From: a virus | DNA: 15,840 nucleotides | Virus record (IMG/VR): IMGVR_UViG_3300045988_110782 | Direction: 5' to 3' (one strand) | Shown: positions 11,823 to 15,840 of the stretch, in pieces | Layout: every line of letters begins with the position of its first letter | Position numbering within the stretch: position 1 is the stretch's first letter | Notes under the pieces: model-generated | The model's database searches: none | What the model was told of the DNA's origin: nothing | Seen by the model: the letters and a program-made list of their open reading frames with translations, nothing else | Translations under genes and position numbers: made by a program

Positions 11823-13997
11823 TTATTCGCAATTATCTATAAAATTTTTTCCTATGATTTCTGAATACTCGTCTGTAATGCCTAAAGTGTAAGTTGTATC
11901 TACTATAGCTATATTTGACGCTGTTGTAAATGTTGATTCTTTACCTATATAATCTGTTATTGTTATCGAATGTATGTTCGATTCATTAAAATAAGACACG
12001 GTTCGTCCAGAATCAGTAAATAACTTTCCTATTTTAAAATCGGCAATTCCGTTTCCGCGCTCTAACTCTGCCGCACCTTTTTGTTTCGATAAACCAGATA
12101 CCGTTACGTGTAAAACATCTTTTCTTATTTCTCCTGTTTTTTTATCTTTGTCATCAGATATATACGCGTACTTTTTAGCTCCAAGCGTTTTAAACTTTTT
12201 ATAGTATCCATCGTCATCCCATACGCCTAAATAATATCTAGTTACCGTTCCATTATCGTTTTTTCGATCTGAATAATTTCTGTAACGTTGATGTTGTGCT
12301 AATAAATACTCATTGCGATCTTTAAAACTTTGTAAGTGTTGTTTATTTATAAATTTAACACTATCAGTGTCAGCGTAAACAAAATCCCATCCTACGGCGT
12401 CTATCATTTTTTGTAATTCCCATCTTGCATTAGCTGTAATGTATACCCCCCATTGATAGAGTAAAAACGAATTTTTTGAAGCTGTATAACTAGCTATTGA
12501 TTCTAACAAATCCGGTGTAACTTTTGTCCACTCTCCGTCTGTGTAAACTATTTCATCATGGCATATGTCTGTAACCATCGTTCCAAAAACAGAATTTAAA
12601 CTGTTTTTACTTTTCATATACTCATATTCTTTTCCGTCAACGTCCTTTAACTGTGTTTTTTTATCGTAAAACTCTAGCATTGTATTTACTATAGGCTCTG
12701 GTAAATAATCTTTTTTTGCCATGTACCCGCTCAACCATTCTATTTCCTCAAAATGGTATTGATTGCAGATAATTATAAAATCTAATTCAGTACAAGCATA
12801 TGTTACCCATTCTGCGGATAACACTCGCCCGTTGTCATTTATGTATTCTTTGCTAAATGATGTACAGTGTGCGAAATCAATATACGGAACTGTCACATCA
12901 TCATGTACTGTTATAGATTTAAACGTTACTTGCATAATGATAGCGTTTTGTTTTTTGTTACAATCAGATAATAATTGTGTAAAGTTTTTTGGTACATACT
13001 CTATAAACGGTGTCATAGGGTATAAGTCCGAGCATATGCATGATGGATAACTTGAGACTCTATCCATACTGTAGACATTCTCAACTATTGCATCTGCGTA
13101 ATATCTACTTGCATGTGTATTGCCGCCGCGAAAAGCTTTTCGTAATAGTGTATATACTTCCGGTGTAGTCATGAGACTTTCAAATAATTCCCTATAATGT
13201 TTGTCCTCTCTGCAAGCTTTGCGCATTTCACGGCGCACATATCCGGTCGATGTTAGCGGTATTGTTGCTAATGTGTCATTATAATCATCCATTTTTGACA
13301 GTATGCATTCTTCAAGCCCTTTTACATCGTTATAATCATATGCTAACTCTGTTCCTGTTTGTGGTGTGTCTGGTGTCCGTACTTTTTTATAATCATATGT
13401 GTCTAGTAATTTTCGATGAATACAAAATTTTGAATTTTCGCAAAACTTTGCTAAACTCATATTAGATAAAAAATATGAACATCTAAACTCAAAATGAGGG
13501 AATGTTTCACGTGAAACATCTAGCCTATTTACTGTTTTTAGATAATCAGATTTTAAACAAGCATTGAATTTTATGACCTTATGGGATTCTCGTGCAAAAA
13601 GTGATACTATATATAAAAAATCCTTTACAAACATAAATTCATAAGCTAAATTATGGACATAAATGACTAATTGTTTTGATGCTGATAATTCCAAGTATTC
13701 TCCTAGTTTACTTAGAAACTTAGTAAATTCTTCCCACCGTGTGCCAAAACAAACATTTCCTTTGTAACAAAACTGCCAATGGTACATAAATGCATAAGGT
13801 TTTTCGCTGTTTATTGTTGTAGTTTCTATATCAAATGTTGCAGGGCTATCTATATAAGCAATAGCCCTTTTTCCTTTTTTTCTGACTGTAGTATAATTCC
13901 AATTTATTGCGTTATATGGATAATCGTATACTGTGTAAACTGTTTCATTTTTTGTATATTCTTTCCCATTTTCTGTATAAAATGTTTGTACTACCAT
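11823..13997 (-). CDS. Family-B DNA polymerase, protein-primed (phi29 gp2-like)
   Basis: 724 aa. Motifs: Exo I FDIETT; Exo II HNLAYEF; Exo III YDYNDV; motif A DRVSSYPS (Dx2SLYP type); motif B KNSLNSVFG (Kx3NSxYG); motif C YADTDS; and KKY (KxY). Its ATG overlaps the stop of the upstream ORF (ATGGTAG). Confidence 0.95.
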   Translation of the reverse strand: MVVQTFYTENGKEYTKNETVYTVYDYPYNAINWNYTTVRKKGKRAIAYIDSPATFDIETTTINSEKPYAFMYHWQFCYKGNVCFGTRWEEFTKFLSKLGEYLELSASKQLVIYVHNLAYEFMFVKDFLYIVSLFARESHKVIKFNACLKSDYLKTVNRLDVSRETFPHFEFRCSYFLSNMSLAKFCENSKFCIHRKLLDTYDYKKVRTPDTPQTGTELAYDYNDVKGLEECILSKMDDYNDTLATIPLTSTGYVRREMRKACREDKHYRELFESLMTTPEVYTLLRKAFRGGNTHASRYYADAIVENVYSMDRVSSYPSCICSDLYPMTPFIEYVPKNFTQLLSDCNKKQNAIIMQVTFKSITVHDDVTVPYIDFAHCTSFSKEYINDNGRVLSAEWVTYACTELDFIIICNQYHFEEIEWLSGYMAKKDYLPEPIVNTMLEFYDKKTQLKDVDGKEYEYMKSKNSLNSVFGTMVTDICHDEIVYTDGEWTKVTPDLLESIASYTASKNSFLLYQWGVYITANARWELQKMIDAVGWDFVYADTDSVKFINKQHLQSFKDRNEYLLAQHQRYRNYSDRKNDNGTVTRYYLGVWDDDGYYKKFKTLGAKKYAYISDDKDKKTGEIRKDVLHVTVSGLSKQKGAAELERGNGIADFKIGKLFTDSGRTVSYFNESNIHSITITDYIGKESTFTTASNIAIVDTTYTLGITDEYSEIIGKNFIDNCE
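13502..13519. promoter_or_regulatory. Palindrome family copy (18-bp perfect) inside the polymerase CDS
   Basis: ATGTTTCACGTGAAACAT at 13502-13519 is identical to the copy at 10562-10579. In the polymerase frame it encodes part of DVSRETF. Confidence 0.5.
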
Positions 13998-14488
13998 AGG
14001 CTCCTACCTTTTATATATGTATGCATTGCAGAGCTATATTCTTGCAGTTCTAACTTTATTTCGTTTGCTGACTTTCCCTCTTTATATAGTAAATCATATA
14101 TTTCTATTATATCTTCTGACGGATTGCGCATTTTTAAGCTTTTGTACTCTTGAGAGTGTAAAAAAGCGTAAAAATCTTGATCGTTTAGCAATTCTTCTGA
14201 TACTCCTAAGTTTCTAAGCGCTTGTGTTCGCTCTTGCCTTATCTCTCTTATCCCTGTCAATGTGTGACTTCTTGCCGTTACAAATCGTACAAGCTTCAAG
14301 TAAGCGCGCTGATTGTACTTATCTGGGTTCCATTCATCCCTTTTACCTAAGACATTCAGTACACTTTCTTTCTTATATCCAGCTTTTATGATGCGATCTC
14401 TTTGTTTGTTAGCAAGCGGCGCTAACTTTTTGTACATGTTGCGCCGCTCTTTTCCGCGCAAAGATAAGAGATAATCTTTGTTATACAT
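13991..14488 (-). CDS. Putative terminal protein (by synteny), 165 aa
   Basis: It lies immediately upstream of, and is translationally coupled to, the protein-primed polymerase, as gene 3 is to gene 2 in phi29. The N-terminal half is very basic (RGKERRNMYKKLAPLANKQRDRIIKAGYKK). No sequence similarity was recognised, and it is much shorter than the phi29 terminal protein (266 aa). Confidence 0.4.
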   Translation of the reverse strand: MYNKDYLLSLRGKERRNMYKKLAPLANKQRDRIIKAGYKKESVLNVLGKRDEWNPDKYNQRAYLKLVRFVTARSHTLTGIREIRQERTQALRNLGVSEELLNDQDFYAFLHSQEYKSLKMRNPSEDIIEIYDLLYKEGKSANEIKLELQEYSSAMHTYIKGRSLW

Positions 14489-14726
14489 GCCTTATCCTTT
14501 CCGCGCATATAGTAAATGCTATGCGTGTATTAGCTCTCTCTATAATGTCGTTTACATTCTCTTTTTTGTTTACCTCTACTATTACAAATTGTACTGTAAT
14601 TTCTGTGTCAACGGCAAATACTATAGCGCTCGAACCATCACTATACATTGCTACGGTGTCCACAAGGACACCGTACCATTTTTCACATACTTTTTTAGCT
14701 ATTGCAATAATTTTCTTTTTGTTCAT
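14481..14726 (-). CDS. Hypothetical early protein (81 aa)
   Basis: An ORF with RBS AAGGAG 6 nt upstream of the ATG. Its 3' end overlaps the start of the next gene by 8 nt. No family was recognised. Confidence 0.65.
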   Translation of the reverse strand: MNKKKIIAIAKKVCEKWYGVLVDTVAMYSDGSSAIVFAVDTEITVQFVIVEVNKKENVNDIIERANTRIAFTICAERIRHV

Positions 14727-14735
14727 TTTTTCTCC

Positions 14736-15455
14736 TTATGATTCTGTAATCAGTACATTATAACCGCTTTTCTCAAGTGCGGCTTTCAAATTTGCGGCAT
14801 TTTGCGCATTGTGAAAAGCGCCTTTCTGATCTAATACGCAGACACGGTAGATCTTGCCGGTACCTATATCTTCTGAAACGTCCTCTTCATCTTTCTGCAA
14901 TGTTTCTTTCGATTCATCCGTGCCAATGCACCTTGTACCAGTGATCCCGTAAACAATAGCCGCCGCCATTTCCTCAACGTTGTATAACGATACATCTTTT
15001 TCAGAGCCTACAAAGCAACATTCGATAATGACGGCAGGGGCTTTTGTCTTACGCAAAAAGTACAACTTTTCTGACTTTTTAACTCCGCGATTCTTAAAAC
15101 CAAGCGAACAAATTGCATTTAAAATGTCGGTAGCTTTATCCACGGCTTTTGATTTATCGTTATACACCCATACTTCCGCCCCATTAGCCGCCGCAGAACT
15201 TGACGCGTTAAAGTGTATTGACAAATCAAGATCAACCGTGTGCGCATTTGACTTCTTTACAATCTTAGTCAGCACATCAGACTGTGTAAGACCGTTTTCA
15301 ACTGTACAGTCATAAACGGTGTGACCCATGCGCCGTAGTTCATCGACCACAAGATCTTTTACACGTCTGTTTTCCAAAGATTCTGAAATCAGACCTACAG
15401 CGCCGCAAGCTACTCTTCCGTGCGGGTTGTGCCCAGCATGCACATTAATTACCAT
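14736..15455 (-). CDS. Endolysin: N-acetylmuramoyl-L-alanine amidase (Amidase_3 type) with SPOR-like C-terminal segment
   Basis: 239 aa. The motif series is typical of Amidase_3/CwlA-type phage lysins: INVHAGHN, LSIHFNA, GAEVWVY, FKNRGVK, PAVIIECCFV. The C-terminus (KIYRVCVLDQKGAFHNAQNAANLKAALEKSGYNVLI) resembles the Y.VQ.GAF....A..L...L...G pattern of SPOR domains. RBS is AGAGAGGAA. Confidence 0.85.
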   Translation of the reverse strand: MVINVHAGHNPHGRVACGAVGLISESLENRRVKDLVVDELRRMGHTVYDCTVENGLTQSDVLTKIVKKSNAHTVDLDLSIHFNASSSAAANGAEVWVYNDKSKAVDKATDILNAICSLGFKNRGVKKSEKLYFLRKTKAPAVIIECCFVGSEKDVSLYNVEEMAAAIVYGITGTRCIGTDESKETLQKDEEDVSEDIGTGKIYRVCVLDQKGAFHNAQNAANLKAALEKSGYNVLITES

Positions 15456-15498
15456 TTTTATTCCTCTCTTTCTGATAGACTATTTCTATCTATAATCC

Positions 15499-15527
15499 AT
15501 TTTAAACCTAGCATATAAAATTGTCAA
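15499..15527 (-). promoter_or_regulatory. Sigma-A/sigma-70-type promoter for the rightmost (first) transcription unit
   Basis: Minus strand: TTGACA (15527-15522), a 17-nt spacer, then TAAAAT (15504-15499). It lies just inside the right ITR boundary and about 45 nt upstream of the endolysin ATG. Confidence 0.75.
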
Positions 15528-15549
15528 CCAGAACTTTTGTTCATGTATG

Positions 15550-15840
15550 AGTTATCCACATCGAACAAGTGTTCGTGCTAGACGGACTAATGGTGTCCGT
15601 CTACCGCGGACACTGTTTTTTCGTGTTGTGCAAACAACTTTGAAAACTCGTTGAATTGTCTGAAAACTTAAAAATCAATATGCATTATGCACAAAGATTT
15701 AGTAGATCTTTGTGCATTTTTACTATTGACAAATTGGAATAGATCAACTTTTAGGTAGCGAATTTAACATCTGATTTATCGAACGTATGTTTGTCTTTTT
15801 GGGGAAAACAGTGTCCGCGCTACACGGACTATGTAACTTT
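15550..15840. repeat. Right inverted terminal repeat (genome terminus)
   Basis: Reverse complement of 1-291 with a single mismatch (15592). The window ends ...ATGTAACTTT-3'. Confidence 0.95.
15688..15724 (+). terminator. Mirror copy of the ITR terminator hairpin, facing outward
   Basis: The same 11-bp stem (15688-15698/15706-15716) is followed by TTTTTACT on the plus strand. No plus-strand gene lies upstream, so it is probably present only because it is part of the ITR. Confidence 0.4.

Noticed and set aside
12763-14217. Several plus-strand ORFs antisense to the polymerase and TP genes (12763..13050, 13250..13465, 13779..14153, 14017..14217)
   Set aside because: They lie in an AT-rich region, and their translations are Cys/Phe/Ile-rich, typical of antisense frames. 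They have no RBS and are fully contained within strongly supported genes.
1-15840. Lysogeny module, defence or anti-defence cassette, toxin-antitoxin system
   Set aside because: No integrase, repressor, recombinase or recognisable defence gene was seen. The unassigned ORFs (57-93 aa) are too small and featureless to call from sequence alone.

Overview
The whole 15,840-bp window appears to be one complete linear genome of a small phi29-like, protein-primed podophage. It is bounded by 291-bp inverted terminal repeats (290/291 identical) that begin 5'-AAAGTT. All 19 CDS I can support, plus one tRNA-like gene, lie on the minus strand. Reading the minus strand from the right end, the order is: consensus sigma-A-type promoter, amidase_3 endolysin, 81-aa ORF, putative terminal protein, family-B DNA polymerase, two near-duplicate consensus promoters with four small early ORFs, an SSB-like ORF, a ~330-bp GC-rich highly structured non-coding region, holin, a tRNA-Gln-like gene, gp16-like packaging ATPase, tail lysozyme, scaffold, gp8-like major capsid, gp9-like tail knob, gp10-like portal, gp11-like lower collar, two repeat-laden fibre proteins, and a terminator inside the left ITR. 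I saw no integrase, repressor or plus-strand genes. Strong GGAGG-type ribosome binding sites (RBS), the holin and amidase types, and the Firmicute-like tRNA suggest a Gram-positive (Clostridia/Bacilli-like) host; that is inference only. The most interesting points are: (1) the structured GC-rich non-coding block with an ATGCC iteron cluster at the early/late boundary, a candidate pRNA-like or antitermination RNA; (2) a tRNA-Gln-like gene with an 8-nt anticodon loop embedded in the mRNA 17 nt upstream of the packaging ATPase; (3) an 18-bp perfect palindrome ATGTTTCACGTGAAACAT present three times (one 16-bp core copy) plus one degenerate copy, one of them inside the polymerase ORF; (4) the internal architecture of the ITRs; (5) near-perfect in-frame tandem repeats in both fibre genes; (6) a motif shared by the scaffold C-terminus and the capsid protein. 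All homology calls come from remembered phi29-family sequences and motifs and need HMM/BLAST confirmation.
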